A DNA stretch of 64,000 nucleotides from Amoebophrya sp. A120. Taxonomy: Eukaryota > Protista > Dinoflagellata. How positions within the stretch are numbered: position 1 is the first letter of the stretch; every line of letters starts with the position of its first letter. The notes below the pieces were generated by a model. The model did no database searches. It was not told the origin of the DNA and saw nothing but the letters and a program-made list of their open reading frames with translations. The stretch spans positions 1,237,907 through 1,301,906 of the forward strand of contig CAJINV010000009.1 in NCBI GenBank assembly GCA_905178155.1, written 5' to 3'. Shown piece by piece: positions 45,993-60,600 of the stretch. A program made the position numbers and the translations under genes.

Positions 45993-48900
45993 TCAAAATC
46001 TTTCATCGTCCAAGTGTCCGACGTCATACGGCCCTGCTTCGCCCTCCTGTCGTGGCTTCTTACTATCTTCCTGCTCCACGTCGAGGTGTTCCCCATGTTG
46101 TCCTTGCCCGTTATGCTGCGGATGCCCGTGATTGTTCTTCTTTGGATCGTGCGCGCTGTAACTGTTGGCTACCACACCGGCGTAGGGTTTTTTCCTTCTC
46201 AAACGGTCGCGTGGCAGATTCTCGATGTTTACCTCCTCCTTATGGTTTCCCGCACCGTGAAAGACCCGGACGGAGTACAGGTGGCTTCCCTTAAGACTGG
46301 AGGTTTTCGCCATCACGCGCCCCGGGATCCACATCCGGCTATTCTCGGCAAAGTACTGAATCGTGGTGCCCACTGCCAAGTCATCGTCCTCCGAGGTGGT
46401 TACGGGGGGACGCTCGGACATGTCCGACTCGAAGTCGGTGTGCTGGCCGGCCGGCTGTGACAGTCCGGCACTCGCTGCGGCCTTCGGGAGCAGCGATACG
46501 ACCGGGAGGCTGGTCGGCGGCGTCCTGTATTTGTTTTTTGAAACATGCACTGAACGAAGTGCTGCTGGGGAATGTCAATCATTCATAGTCCGAATCAGTT
46601 TTCTATTGAAGACGCATAGCAGGAACATTGGACAACAGAATAAATGAAAAATCTCAATTCATTGAGAATACCGAATCTGTGCGGAAACGACCGGCGCCCT
46701 GTCGTCCTCGGAAGACCCTTCTAGCCAGTTCGGGTGGTTTGCGAAGTCACTCTCATCCGACTCCGGAGGTCCCGGCTTACGCAAAGGACCGCCAGCTTTG
46801 GCGCCGCTTCTGCCACTGCCCTCGTCGGGAATGAGCGCGTCCACGGTCTGCAGCAGCACTTTTTGGCTCTGTGCGTGCTCGTCCTGCTCGACGTGGCTTC
46901 GCGTCCGATCCTCAATCTCTATCTGTACAGGGCGCTCGGGCACATCCTCGTCTTTGAGCATGGCCTCGCCCTCCCCGACGTGCCTTCCGGGGTGTCGTCC
47001 GCCGAGGTGCGGTGCCGGCGCTTGGATCAAATCCCGCAGCTGCGGTCGGACGTTCAAGTGCGCGAGAGAGGTCCCCGCCAAGTACTTGTTCGGGCCTGCG
47101 AGAGAAGCGCCCCTCGTGGTGGTGCCGTTGGCCACGCACAGGAAGTCCAGCAGCTCGCGGCGGTGCGAACTCGCCTTCGAGCTGATCAGCTCGTCGTTCA
47201 GGTTGCTGTAGTCGTTGTGGTTCAGGTACTGATCGTGGTCGAAGTCCGGGCCAAGCCTGCTGTACTTCCCCGAGTGCAGGTGTTGCGACGTCTTGGGGCT
47301 TTTGCTCGCCCGAGTGTGCCGGTGCGCCCCGGCGTGCTCGCGCGCTGCAATTCCGTCCCGAGAACGCAGTAGGTGATCCGTCTTCTGCGTCAGCTGCAAA
47401 ACGTCCCCGTCGGCAATAGCACTGCGCTCGCGCTCCCTGCGCCGGTGACGGTGCCGCATCGTGGACTCGAGCAGCATATCCAGTGCCTGTTCCTCCTCCA
47501 GCGCAGAACCCCCGCGCGAATGCGAACGTCGGCTCTTGGAGTGTCGTGCGCCGAGGTGCGGATGGAGATCGTCAATCAATGTCGCTCGGCTCCCGATCAA
47601 CTCGCCCTCCGAGTCGTGCAACGCAAAGGAGGTCACGCCACCGCCCGCGGGCAGCAGCTCGCTGTTGTGCTGCAACCGGCGATCCCGCGCACCCAAGTGG
47701 CGCGCGAGATCCTGCTGTAGCTGTGCGGAGATGTTCTCCGTCATTTTCTCTCGGAGCTCCTCCTCGTGCTGTTTGAGCCTTCGCTCCCGCCACTCTCGTT
47801 TGTCCTGTTCGAGTTCGTGTGCCACCTCCATGCGCTCCTCCTCCAGGCGCTGCTGAATCTGCTCGCGCTGCAGCCGCATCTGTTCCCGGAGCTGCGCCCG
47901 CTCGTCCTCCAGCCGGTCCTCCTCCTCCCGGTTGGCCCGGTGGATGTCTTCGCGAGTCCGCGAAATCTCCTCCGCCAGCTCCTCTTCCATCTTGCGCGCC
48001 TTCAGGCCGAGCGCGCTCTGGCCCTCGTGGATTTTGGTCTCTAGCAGCTGCTGCGCCTTCCGCTCCTCCGCACGAAATTCCTCCTGCAACGAGCGCTCCT
48101 GCGCCTGCAGCTCCTCGCGCAGGTGCACCTGCTCCTCGTGCAGCTCCGCCTGCAAGTGCTCTTGGTCGCGCCGCAGGTCCTTCTGCAGCTTCTCCTGCTC
48201 CCGCGCCAGCTCCTTCTGCAGCGCGGCCCGGTGCTCGCCAAACTCGGTCGCGAGCTCCTGCGCCGTGTGGTCCCGCGTGGCGTGGATCTCCTTTGCGAGC
48301 TGGTGGAACTCCCGCTGCATGGCCTCGCTCTCGTCCTTCATCTGCTGTGCGATCTGCTTCCGCTCCTGCTCCACTTCGCGCTCCGCCTTCTGCAGCGACA
48401 GCTCCATCGCCTTCTGCTTTTCCACCAGTTCCTGCGTCAGCTTCTCGCGGTCCTCGTGAAGCGTTTCGTCAAGCCGTTGCTGCTGCTTTTGCAGCTGCAG
48501 TTGCAGTTCCTGGTGCTCCTTTTCGAACTGCTTCTGCAGCGCCTCGCGCTCCTTTTCCACGCCCCGCTCCAGCACGGCCTTCTCTTTGCCGAGACTCTCC
48601 TCGATGGACCGCCGCTCCGTCGCGAACTGCTCGTGCAGCCGGTCGCGCTCCTGCTGCAGACTCTGGTCCAGCAATTTTTGTTGCTTCTCGAACTCGACGG
48701 TCAACAGCCGCTTCTCCTGGTCCACCTCGGTGTGCAGCACTTTTCGCTCGCGCTCCAGGGTTTTCAGCAAGGTTTCCTTCTCCTGGTCAAATTCCGTTTT
48801 CAGCCGCTCACGCTTCAGCTCCATCTCGTGCTCCACCGCCTTGCGCTCGGCTTCCAGCTCCTCCTCCATCTGCCGCTTCAGCGTTGCCCGCGCCTGGTGC

Positions 48901-51900
48901 AACTCCGTCTCTATAGACGCCTGCAGCTCGTGCCGCAGTTTCTCCTGCAACTCCTCGGTAAGCGGGCCGGTGCCATTGGTTGCACCGTTGTGCTGGTTCT
49001 CAACATGATGGTGCGGGGAAGATGAGACGTGGCGAATCTGTTCGTGCAATTCCGTCCGCAGTTCGTCTTTCAGTGCTTGGAGCTGCGCCTCGGTGCTCGC
49101 GGAAGGTGCGGCAGGCGGGGAAACTACGTTCGTGGATGTGATTTGCTCTTGCAATTCCGTCCGCAGTTCGTCCTTAATCGCCTGAAGCGCCTCGGCGCTA
49201 GCGACCGGATTTTGGTCTGCAGGGTGCTGTTCGCCTTGCTCAGGCTTTGAGCTGCGGCGCGCGGCCTCCTCGGCGAGAGATTGCACAGGAAGGATCTTCT
49301 GCGCCATCTCTTCTTGCAACGACGTCTTCATCTCTTCGACTTTTGTCCGCAGCACGGCGGCCATCTCCTCGCGCAGCAGTCGTTGTTGCTCCTGCTGACG
49401 CTCCTGGACCGCGGCGAAATCAGCAGCGTCGTTGCGCGCTGCCTGCTGCGACTCGAGGACCTGTTGTGCCTGCGTCTTCGCGGCCGCCTCCGCGATGGAT
49501 TGGACCGGCAGGATTTTCTGTTCGATCTCTTCCTGCAGAGCCTTCTTCAAAGCCTCCACTTCGGCCTGCATCTTCGCACTCACCTCCGTCCGCAGACTCT
49601 TCTGCAACTCGTCCTGCTCGTCCCGCAGGCTTTTCAGCAGCGCGTAGGAAGTGGGCCGCGCGGGCTCGGGATCTTGGTTCTCCGGTCGCGCCGGTGCTCC
49701 GGCCTGCTCCGCCGCCGTGGCGCTGACGGCTTGTAACTTCTCCGCGGCTTCGACGGCCAGTGCCTGCACCGGGAGCACCTTCTGCTCGATCTCCTGTTGC
49801 AGGGATTTCTTCATGGCCTCCACCTCGGCTTTCATCTTTTCCGCCATCTCCGCCTGCAACTGTTTCTGCACCTCCTCCTGCTCCGCGCGCGCGGTCTGTG
49901 CGACCTCGTTTTGCTTCCGGCGCTCCAGTTCCTGCAGTTCCGCGGTTTTCTGCTGCGCCTCCCGCTCCTGCTGCATCTGCGCCCGCAACTGGGCGCGCAT
50001 CTCCTCCACCTCGCTGCGCATGCTCTGCTCCATCTCCTCGCGCAACTTGGTTTGCGCCTGCTTCATGCTGGTGAACTCGGATTCCAGGGCCGATAACGAC
50101 TCGGTGTTCCGCTTCTGCTCGGACGCATCGACCGCCGCAACCTGCGGCACCGCGGGCAGGAGCGGCTGCGCGGCCGACACCAGCGGCTGCGGCGCTGCTT
50201 CCTCCTGCTTCGAGTCGAACACGCGGTGGTCGGCGTGGCTGTCGATGATGTGCTTGTGGACCGAGGCGATGTCCGGGTGCCGCGAGTGCACGTCGGTGTT
50301 GGTCTCGCGGTTTTGCGCGGCCGGGGAATCGCGCAAGTCGTAGTCCATCGGCGGCAGCGTGCGGTCCAGGGACGCCACCTGCGAGTGGAAGTGCTCCAAG
50401 GTGTGCAGATGCTCGGGTGGCGGCGCGTCCTTCTCCTGCCGGGACGGCTGTTCCGTCAAACTCTTCTCCTTCAACGAGCTCCGTTGCGGCGAAGCCGCGG
50501 GGTGCAGCAACGCATTGCCGACTTCGGCCGGACTCAGGTGGGGCAACAGCAGGGCCAGGTGACTTTCGTTCAGGTCGTGGACGGTGCCGATCCTCTGCGC
50601 GGTTTCGTCGATCGCCTCGATCCGCCGGGAGGAATTCATCGGCTTCGGGTTCCCGCTGTTACTCAAGTTCGCGGACGCCAGAACTTCGCCCGTGGGCGGT
50701 AAAAGGTTCGCGATCAAATCCTGGTTGAATTCCGTCATCGACGCCTTTTCGGCCACCAGGATCTTCTCCATCTCCTGCGATTTGCGCACGCGCACGCCAT
50801 TTGTCCGCTCCGCCTCCTTCTCGGCGGGGGAGGCTTGCAGCGGGTGTTCGGGATTCTCCTCGTCCGCTCCGGTCTGTTGTGCATCGGAAGCCGCACCTAA
50901 GGAGTGACCACGCGAGCTCGACGGAATCCCCAGCGCCGGCGAGGCGTCAAACTGCGACTCGGAGGCGGTTGGCGGCAGCATGGAGTCCAGCTCATCCGTC
51001 AGCAGCTCCTTCATGGTCTTCTGGGTTTGCGGCGGTTCGCTCCGCACCTCCTTGCCCGAACAGATCGCGGTCGCACTGAGTTCGTCCAGCGCGTACTCAA
51101 AGGGAGGTAAGACCACGTCGAGCCCGGAGTTCCGGGCGCCCGTTTTGTACTTCGCGGACTCCTCCAGCGTCACGGTGGGTGCGGATCCCAGTTGCCACGG
51201 GGAAGCGATCAGCGTGTCCAGGTTGGCGAGCGGCAACCCGCCGTTGTCGGTCGACGTGTCCCACCACCACGCGGGTGCAGGGCTCTTGTTCGACGGTGAA
51301 TCTGCAGTTGAGCGCACTTGCGGCCGCGGCCCCTGTGGATGCGTCGCGTGGTGGCGTGTGTTTTTCAGTTTGGTTTCCACAAAGACGCAGCTGGGATCGT
51401 GCGTGATGGGCACCCGGCCCTGACTCACCAGCTGCTGAAGCTTCCGCTCGTCGGCCGCCACTGGACGCTGGGCTTGTCCCTGATAAGGTCCGGAATTCGC
51501 GAAGTACTGCGAGCCGTCGGATTGCGACGCCCAGGAAAACTCTCCGTCTTCTCGAGGTGTCGTCCCGGCGAAGAGCGGCGGTTCCACGTAAAACGCGATG
51601 CGACTGTTGTGGCGCGAAGGACCACCTTCCACGGCGGTAGAATTGTCGTCCGACGCGGGAGCCGTTGAAGAGCACAGGTGGCTTTGCTCCTGAAAGAAAA
51701 GCAACGCTTGCTCCTTTCCAATGGCGCGCAAATCCGCCTCTGCCGTGGCGGTGTCAACGATTTCAACAGTCGCGCTCGTCACATCAACATCCGCCGGCGG
51801 CGGTGCCACTACTATGTCTGACGCCTTTCTTCCTTCGCCTGCTGAAATAGGAGTTCCCACACCATCACTCTTCGGAGTGGCTGCAGCCTCCGGGGTCACA

Positions 51901-54368
51901 TTGAATCCCGGTACCACCTTCCCAGCAGGACCGGCTTGTAGCTGCGACTCAAACTGCTTCTGCCGCTCCAGATCCAGCTGGAACAGCCGCAACCGCTGCT
52001 CTTCGAGTCGGCGGGAGCTGCGCAGACTCTCTTCGCGCCACTCCTGGAAGAGTTCGCGGTCGGGTACGAACTCCTGCGTCGCGTCCCGCCACATCTCGGC
52101 CCGCAGCTCCGACAGCTGGTCAATGTTTTCGATTTGCTTGCCCAGCAGCACGTTCGTGGGCCCGCACTCGTTGAAGGAGCTCCGCATCAGCTGCCCCAGC
52201 TCCTGCATTCGGGCCTCCGCTTGTGGGTCTTCGGCGTCCAATTTCACCGTTGGATGTTCTCCGCGGCTCGCCCTCCGCGAAACCCGCTGCGCCAGCGCCT
52301 CCTTGGGCTGGTCGGAGAGCGGGTTTTCGGCCGCGTAACTGTAGAAATCGTTCAAGAGTTCCCGATTCAAAATGGACAGGTCCGCCTCGACGCGAGGCAG
52401 GGCGAGGCACAACTGACCCGCCCGCGGCTGGTCAAACCGCACTGGAGGCTTGGAAACGTCGGCTACCTCGGTCACGAAGCTGCCACTCTGGGCCGCTACC
52501 TCGTGGCCACCGCCAGTGAAAAACCGAGGAACTGCACGGTCGTAGGGCGCGTCGGTGATGTACTTTTCACCAGTCAGACTCAGCAACCTGTCGTTCACAT
52601 CGCCAAGCTCGGCCTGCAGCTTCCACAGCTCGTCGTGTAGTCCGCCAGAAGAGGGTGATGGCGCACTGATCCCGTCGGATTGTGGTTGTACATTCTGTGG
52701 CTGCTTTTTGTCAGCACCATTCTCTTGCCCCTCTGCGCTATTGGCACTCGGCTGTTCCGCCGGTGTTCCCACGGTCTTCTGCACCTCTACCAGGCCGCCC
52801 GGGCCCTCGGGGTCTGCACGTACCAACTGCGGACTACCGCGACTCGCGCGACGGGACGACGCGGACAGGCGGTCCGTTTGTGCGTCGGACTCGGGGACGA
52901 CCGTTTGCGCGAAAAACAGGCTCCGCCGGCGGTTCACGCCCTCCGGCGACTGGTCCCGCATGGAAAACCAGTCGACCGGCTCCTGCGGCTTGCGGCTCGC
53001 GACCGGCACCTCCGTCTTCTGCGTCTCGGTGTCCGACGGCTTTTGCCGCAACCGCACCTTCAGGTTGCCCGCCCGCGCGTTCCCCCGGTCGGTGGCGCTG
53101 CCCTCCTCCTCGGTGGTCCCCGATACGATCCGCGGGAGTACCGGTGCCGCCTCCTGCTCGCCCTCGGCCCACAGCTTCTTCGCTAAATCGTTCTCCTCAA
53201 AGGACTGGCTCAGGCGCTGCATCGATTTTTGCAGCTCCCCGTGCCCGTCCAGGTCATCCTCGCTGCTCGTGTGCTCCACAAACCCGAAATCCGACGCCGA
53301 ATCGACGTCCGGTTTCACGTGCTCGTCCTCTTCTTCCTGCTCACCATAGTACGCAAGAAGCATCGCTGGCGCCGGTGGGGAAAGGTTCTCTGGCTGTGAG
53401 AAATCTCCTTCCTGAGGTCCTCGTGACTGCTTTTTAATACTGCTCTCAGAAAAACTGCTTTTTTCTCCTTCCAAGAACCGTTCTTCCGCAGTGTCCTTCT
53501 TTTCCGCAGCGTCCTTCTTTTTCCCGAACAGCCAGCCTAGAAGTGGCACTGACGGTCGCGCCGAAGTAGAGGTTTCTTCCTTCTTTGGCTGTACTGGTGC
53601 AACGCTTGTAATATCCTGTCCCTTGTCGAAGAACCTAACCGGCGACACTATCTTTGGCTGCACCAGCGGCGCCGCGCTCTTCCACTGCGGCGCGCTCCTT
53701 GCCGACAGGCCGAGAAGACCGCCTCCGACAGGCCCTTGCCTGGAATTATCGGCCGGATGGGTCACGGTCAGAGCATTAGTGCTGTGATTCGAGCGGGAGT
53801 CCTTGTTTGAGAACACTTCCCGAGCATCCTCGACCTCGATCCCCTCGTCTTCAAGCGGAATCACGCCCATTTCGTCTTCGTCCGACATTTGACTCTCCTC
53901 CGCCTTCCACGTTTTCAGCAGCGGGAGCGATGCCAAGTTCTTGCCGGAGGCCACGCTGGTCGGGTTTAATATTTCTTTTTCTCCAGCACTGCAGTCGGCT
54001 TTTCCCACATAGCCGCTCCCGTTTTGCTCCTTGACCAATTTCTCTATCGGTCCGGGCGTCGCCGCCAGGAAGAACGCATTCCGCGCGGCCTGGCGATTCC
54101 ACGTCTGCTCGTCGTCGCTGGGGTGCCACACCGGCAGCTGGTGCTCATCGAGAATAGGATGCGGAGATGTAGTACTATCACCCAAATCATTCGTCTTTCT
54201 GTTGCTGCTCAAGCACCTCTGGACGTGCCTAGTTTGCTCGCCGGTTACCGAATCATCCACGTTCGAGCGGTACGTGTCCAGGTTCGTTCGCTTCGAACTT
54301 TTCGGCGAGGTGCGCACGGAACTCGCTACCACCAACGAGGGAGGAGCGTCGAGTAGTTCGGGAGGCAT
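45993..54368 (-). CDS. Giant (about 2740 aa) coiled-coil protein with C-terminal Tudor/Agenet-like domain, 2 exons
   Basis: Long E/Q/K/L heptad region at about 47700-50100. A GT-AG intron at 46525-46671 joins QIR to TPPTSL. The last exon has LAVGTTIQYF..WIPGRV..LYSVRVF..ENLPRDRLR. Confidence 0.75.
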
Positions 54369-55862
54369 CTTTTTCAGGCGACGGCGAACGGAAAGTTGTC
54401 AAAACTGTATACACTTGCAGTCGTGATCTACGTAATTCCCATGCAACGTCGATTGACAACCGAAGAGATTCCTGCGAAAAATTACTTGCTAGCTCGCCTT
54501 CATGTGGACGTCAATCTTGGCGTGTACCGGATAGACATCTTTTTAACTCGCTGAAGTAGTCAAGGTCGGCGTTATGTACATACACATGTGCGAATAAAAG
54601 TTCAGACATGATATGCATCGTGGGACACAGATTGTTGCCTGGAGAAGGATATAATGAGTAGTAAAGCATTACTACGTCGAGAACACCAAAACGTGTGCTG
54701 GCAGCCACCAAACGAAGAGAACGAAGAAGAACGAGACGAGTCCGAATTGTCACGCTAGTTAAACGGAGTAGAGCTAGAGCCTGCGCTGGGATTTGCACGG
54801 AAACTTCAGAACGAGAGTACATGTGTACCATTATTATTGTACGCGAAAGTTGGGACGCACAATGCCCTTTTCGCATCAATTTGTACGGATTGAGAAACTC
54901 GTGTGTGAATAAAAAATCCAAATCAAAAGAAATGTGTGAAGACGAAGCACCCATACCTGGAAGCGATGACGGTTGTGGTCGATGCGTCGTTCAAAGTATT
55001 CCCTTAACATTGGCGAGACTTGTTCAACTGAGAAAGATGATTTACGATGACGATTGTAGAGGGACGACGACTGAAAAGCGAGGGAGTTTCGCGACAAGTC
55101 AGGGTCAGCACGAATCACAAAGTGGGTGACATCGACATTCGGGTTTAGACTAGTTTCATCGCAAATACAACAATCTCGTCTGACATAGACATATCTCCTT
55201 CTGCAGAACCCACACTAATCGTCGCCTGTGTGCAAGACACAGTCTATCATGTTCTGGTCCCGTCTTTCGTCATAGTGGCTACAAAAATTTTCAAAACTTT
55301 CAAAGTGGGCGGCGCACTGCTTTATTATCTCTTTCCTCCTTCTGCTCTTCTACTGATACGAAAAAATATCTTTCTGACTCATATTTTTTGATCAAGCGAA
55401 TTCCTTCATGGCTAGCCAGACAGTGCGTAGCATACGCGTGGCCAAGTTTTAGCTCATGAAAGCTCTTAAAGTTCTGGAACGCCACCACCCTCCGCCTCCG
55501 GCAGGTATTCATTGACAAGTCTGATCCGATCACAGTTGTGGTCCACTTCTGCACGAGATACTCGGGGAACAGATCCTTCTAGCTCTACGATGGTCATACG
55601 AAAATGTCAGAGCGTGAGCCTTTTTCTCGTATCCGAGTCAAACATACTAAAAGTCTAAAAACCTTGAAAGCATAAACACTGTAATAGTCCTAAAAGTAAA
55701 AACTCCTATTTCTATCAAAATCGATTCTATCGTGCCTACATAGATACGCCCAGGAAGCCCGGACATATTCGTGGTTCTTACATGTGCATCACAAATATCT
55801 GCTTTGTGTGAAGGCGATGAAAGTCGTGAAATTCGAATTCCGTTGTCCACTTGCTTCAGGAA

Positions 55863-56837
55863 CTAGTTTCCGATAGGTAAATAAGGTGCCCCAATCTCGG
55901 CTGGTAGCCCCCCCCCGCCGCTCGACGAGTCAGCATTGAGGAGCTCGCTCTTCTCCCCCAGCTCTTTCACCATCTCAATAAAAATTTGTCCTGCCGCGTC
56001 AAGGAGAGGCTTGCTGTCGTTGTTCCCATATTTTTTATTGCAGAAAGCTGTGAACTCACGAAGCCCACTATCGGGATGTACCTTCACAGCCCGCCGTCTG
56101 TAGAGGTGCCCTAGCTTGTTATGCTCTGGTGGACGTAGCTGAAAGTCACCGCTCGTCTCGGCGCATCCCTGTTTCGGATCAATACCAAACACACGTAGTG
56201 CCCGATACGCCGCTTCAAATCGTTTCTGACGGTTATTTTTCGTGATTTTGATCCCGGCACTCTTCAAGTCTGCGGAGCATCGGTCACGCGGATAATCCCT
56301 ATCAGGAAAGATCTTGCCAGATAACGCCTCTAAGTGTTTTACAAGTTCGGTATCCTCTGGCTTTAATAGACGGATGGCTTCGATCCGGTCTGCGTATTCT
56401 TCTGCTTTTCCTTTCATTTCTAGATCCACCTGGTTTATTATGGCAGCCTTTTCATCCGCACCTGGCTGCGAGTTGTCGTCCGCGATACTTTGCACAAGAT
56501 CACTCATATGCGCCTCGAGGACATCGCAGGATTGCGGACCAATCCCAGACTGACTAGGCTCAATTATCTTCTGGATGATGCTTAAGAATTCTGACGATTC
56601 TTCTTGGACCTGCAGAGCATGCGCAAGAGTGGTCTTTATTTGAAGTTGCTGTTGCTGCGGTTCCGCCTCAGGTGCTTTTGCAGTTTGCCGCGCCCGGCTC
56701 CACTCCGTAAAAGGCGAATCCATAATGCCCAAGATTTGTGGGACTCTAGCGGCGACCACAAACACACGCACTATTCCGTGCACGTCCAAGGCCTGCAAAC
56801 AGGAAGCCGGCAGCCCTGAAGACAAATTTTCAATCAA
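55863..56837 (-). CDS. Terminal exon or ORF with a J-domain-like HPD motif
   Basis: AYRALRVFGI...LYRRRAVKVHPD...AGQIFIEMVKELGE resembles J-domain helices I-III. There is no clear start codon, so it may be the last exon of the pseudokinase gene. Confidence 0.55.
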   Translation of the reverse strand: MIENLSSGLPASCLQALDVHGIVRVFVVAARVPQILGIMDSPFTEWSRARQTAKAPEAEPQQQQLQIKTTLAHALQVQEESSEFLSIIQKIIEPSQSGIGPQSCDVLEAHMSDLVQSIADDNSQPGADEKAAIINQVDLEMKGKAEEYADRIEAIRLLKPEDTELVKHLEALSGKIFPDRDYPRDRCSADLKSAGIKITKNNRQKRFEAAYRALRVFGIDPKQGCAETSGDFQLRPPEHNKLGHLYRRRAVKVHPDSGLREFTAFCNKKYGNNDSKPLLDAAGQIFIEMVKELGEKSELLNADSSSGGGGLPAEIGAPYLPIGN

Positions 56838-57692
56838 GCCCCATAAGCAGACGAAACTGTCAGTATCAGAAAGTCAATTCTCGAGTTACTCGTTGTGGAA
56901 ATAGCACCAGCCCACCTTGTGGAAATCAAATTGCAGTAGAAGTAGAACTACTGCCTCCTGAATAAAATTAAAGGCCACAACAAAACAAGCCAGAAACTGC
57001 TGTCGACGTGCGTCACTCTTCGAAGTTAATGGTAATAGCGCTGCGACAATGCGAATATACAGCGTGCTGGTCATGCAGGCTTCTTCGACACCGCGGAGGA
57101 ATGCCGTCAGGCAAGCCCCGCAGGTGCAAGCTGTGTGACAAGAAGCGTAGCAGTAAATTGCGTGCACTGAGTGTGTAAGTTGCCGGTCGCCACGCAAGCA
57201 GCCAAATACTGCCCGTTCATTTTAGCTCAGACTGAGATATCATTTCTTTGCTTTGTTCAACTCGAGCAGTTAGTATAGCACCTCATCTGCCCCTAGTGTT
57301 CAAGAGATTGAGCGGAATCCGGATCCACTTGTAGAAATGCAAATCCCGATGCGCACGCGCACTCGCCCGGGCCCTTATGCGACTTTGTAATTATTGAAGG
57401 ACCAGAATGCCGATGAGCATAATCATTTGTAACAGGCGGCATGTGGAAAAGCGCAATGAACAGCACTCTCCTCTGCGCCACGGAAGGCGGTACAGGTACG
57501 CACTGGAAAAAGTGAAAAATCCAATTTTCTCCCAATGGACGGCGGCCAGCGGTCGATTGGAAAGAGGAAAGCAGAAGGAAAAAGCATGTGCAAGGAGTGG
57601 AAAATGAAGTTCTAGATACATGAGTACATGTAAAAGATAATGGTTATGCGACAAAAATCATCTAACACGAACTAAATCTAAAACAATCGTGG

Positions 57693-60600
57693 TTATAACG
57701 TACCTCCGCCGAGACCCTCTGCCGCGCCCGGTAGACCATCCAGAAGAAAAGGATGCGTGTACGCCTCCACATCCCTTAGTCCGTCTTGCTCATCCCTTTT
57801 CGATGCAACCAGGTGTGCTGCTTCTATACCCAGTATCTTGCTTCCTTGGTCCTCCACGAGGGACGCCATGCCGAAGTCGTGAAAGAGAGGCCTTTTCCAG
57901 TCTGGCCCTGCGTTGACTCCAGCGGAAGACTTCCTTGCAAAACCAACGGTGGCTCGTGATACTTCGTTGTACGAGATGCCGTAGCTATGAAGCATCGCTG
58001 CACATCCTGTTAGTCCTTGCAAGATACTTTGCACTTCGTCCTGCTTCTTCGGCCAATTTTCAGGTGTCATCGGCACGAAATCCTCAAGAAAAAACGCAAA
58101 CTCCGTTGACTCCTGGCTGTCAAATACCACCACCATATACAGCTTCGCAACACAGCCTCCAAACTTGTTCGGGAAATCCGACAACCTCAGGTGAAGCAAG
58201 GCAGTCTGGGATATATTCTCCATACACTTTTGATAGTGCTCCGTGTTGTGTTTGCATGTCCGGATTCGAACTCTTTGGCGGTTCTGCATTCCCTTCAGTG
58301 GCCGTGTGAAGTCCGTACGACTGTACCAGCGTTCAATTTTACCCGTCTCCTCTGTCGGCTTGGAGAAGGACGTCAATGTGAGAGACGCTTCCCTGAAATA
58401 CGTTACACCACGAAGAGGAGCTTCCCTGAAGTCGCGCAGGTTTACAGAGAATTCTTGTTTGCTATCTTCAGTAGACAGGAGTCCGAGAGCTTTGCCATTC
58501 TTATTTTCTCCTGCAAAAACCCTCTCTAGCAGCCATCTACTGACTGCAGTCTGTCCATCCCGCACCAGGAACGTATTTGGAGAAACTTCCAAGCTCGCTG
58601 CTCCGCTGTTTGACTTGGAAACCGTCCGTAAACCCTTGTTCATGACAACAAGAGCATCCCCAAACCCCTTGTTCGGATCATTTGCTTCTTCAACACGTAC
58701 AGACGGACTCAGAATCTCAGCCGGCCCTTTCGGTACGCGGAGCTCTGCTTGCACAGCCGCGGCTGGCGGGGCTGCTTGTTGTCTCTTTTGACTGGATGAA
58801 CCTCCGCCGTAAAGAACTTCGAGATGAGAATCGGGCACAAGCTGAGGGCTGAAGCCTGAGGCTATAATCTCGATCATGACGTCCAAAACTTTCTCTTGTA
58901 ATGTGATCTTCGCCTCCGTGAGCGCCGTTTGAATATTTTCTCGTATGTCGACCATTGTGTATTGCTTGAGTTGGGCAAACCCGAACACGCTACACCCATC
59001 GGGAAAATAAAAATTCACACTTTTCTGCGCCTCGAAGCGCTCTTTCACTCCGAGCAAAATCGCATTTGCTCTATCACCAAGCAATAGTCGCAGCAGCGTC
59101 ACCACCAACCCGTACCAATCCGACTTTGAGCTGTACAGGGTCTCTGCGTCGGGATGCTCAAAAATGACACTTTTGCTTTCGGTACCTGTTGTATGATGTG
59201 TTCCTGACATTCATTTCATCGGTTTCGTTGTCTTCCTCCTGCGGTCCTGCATTTACTCGACTGCGCGTCGGCTGAGCGAAACAGACTCGCTCCTGCTCCA
59301 AATATTTCTAGTACCGACCAGAACTTTTGAAATGCCCACCAACTCTTAGATCCTCAGACCCGAGGCTGGTGAATTTCTCTGACATGTTTCAAGCTCTTCT
59401 CGGACATGTGGCTGCACCCGATTCAATGCAACCGCGCCCCCTTGTGTCGCACAGCAGCCGCGCTATCACTGAATCTGAAATCAAACATCACAGGCATTAT
59501 TTTTAAAAATCGAAAACTTTGAAACTTCTTCACAGAAAAATCCACTTCTGGAGGTGTGAAGATCAAAGTCACCATGCTGAGCTCACGACGACCGCTAGAA
59601 CTTATCCAAATCAGCACGTTGATCCAGAACTCTCCTCAGAGGCGCTACGCGTTGGAATCCCGATGGTATGAAGAAGATGGCAGCAGTGTTTGTGTATTTC
59701 CCACGGCATGGCAGTTACGTGCTGGATTGATAGTCATATCTACAAGATCTTTGCAAGACTTGCGAATAATTCAAAATGCTCAAGAGTTCAAGAGTTCAGT
59801 GCATCTTTTGAGTTCGGTTCACCCTTTGAGTTCAGTTCACCATTTGAGTTCAGTTCACAACTTGAGTTCAGTTCACTATTTAAATTCAGATATCTTCAAG
59901 TCATAATCTCATATTCAAAAGCTTCGAATCTCAATTCTCAATCTCAAATCATAATCGAATCATCTCAAAAATCGCAACTTCTTATCTCATCTTGGAATCA
60001 TCAACATCTTATCCTATCTTAAAAATAAAGTCATAATCTTCTCAAAGTCATAGTCTCAATCTTCATAATTGAATCGACGAGCCTTCGTCAAGATGTGAGT
60101 CTTCATCTCAAAAGTCATAAGTTTAGATCTTGAAGCTCTAATCTTATATCTAAAAACTATTCATATTACAGATCGGGGCGCAATATCATCACATCGCAAG
60201 GGCGGGGGGGGCGCGGGGGGGGGCGAGGGCCCCCCGCATGTAAGTCTTCATCTCAAGAATAAAAATCATTCGTACAGATTGAGGCGCAATATCATCACAT
60301 CGAAAGGGCGGGGGGGGCGCGGGGGGGGGGGGCGAGGGCCCCCCGCATTAAGTCTTCACCTCAAACGTCAGAAATTTAGATCTTGAAGTTATAATCTTAT
60401 ATCTAAAAACTATTCACATTGCAGATCGGGGCGCAATATCATCATATCGCAAGGGCGGGGGGGGCGCGGGGGGGGGCGAGGGCCCCCCGCATGTAAGTCT
60501 TCATCTCAAAAATAGAACATACCTCATACAGATTGAGGCGCAATATCATCACATCGAAAGGGCGGGGGGGGCGCGGGGGGGGGCGAGGGCCCCCCGCATG

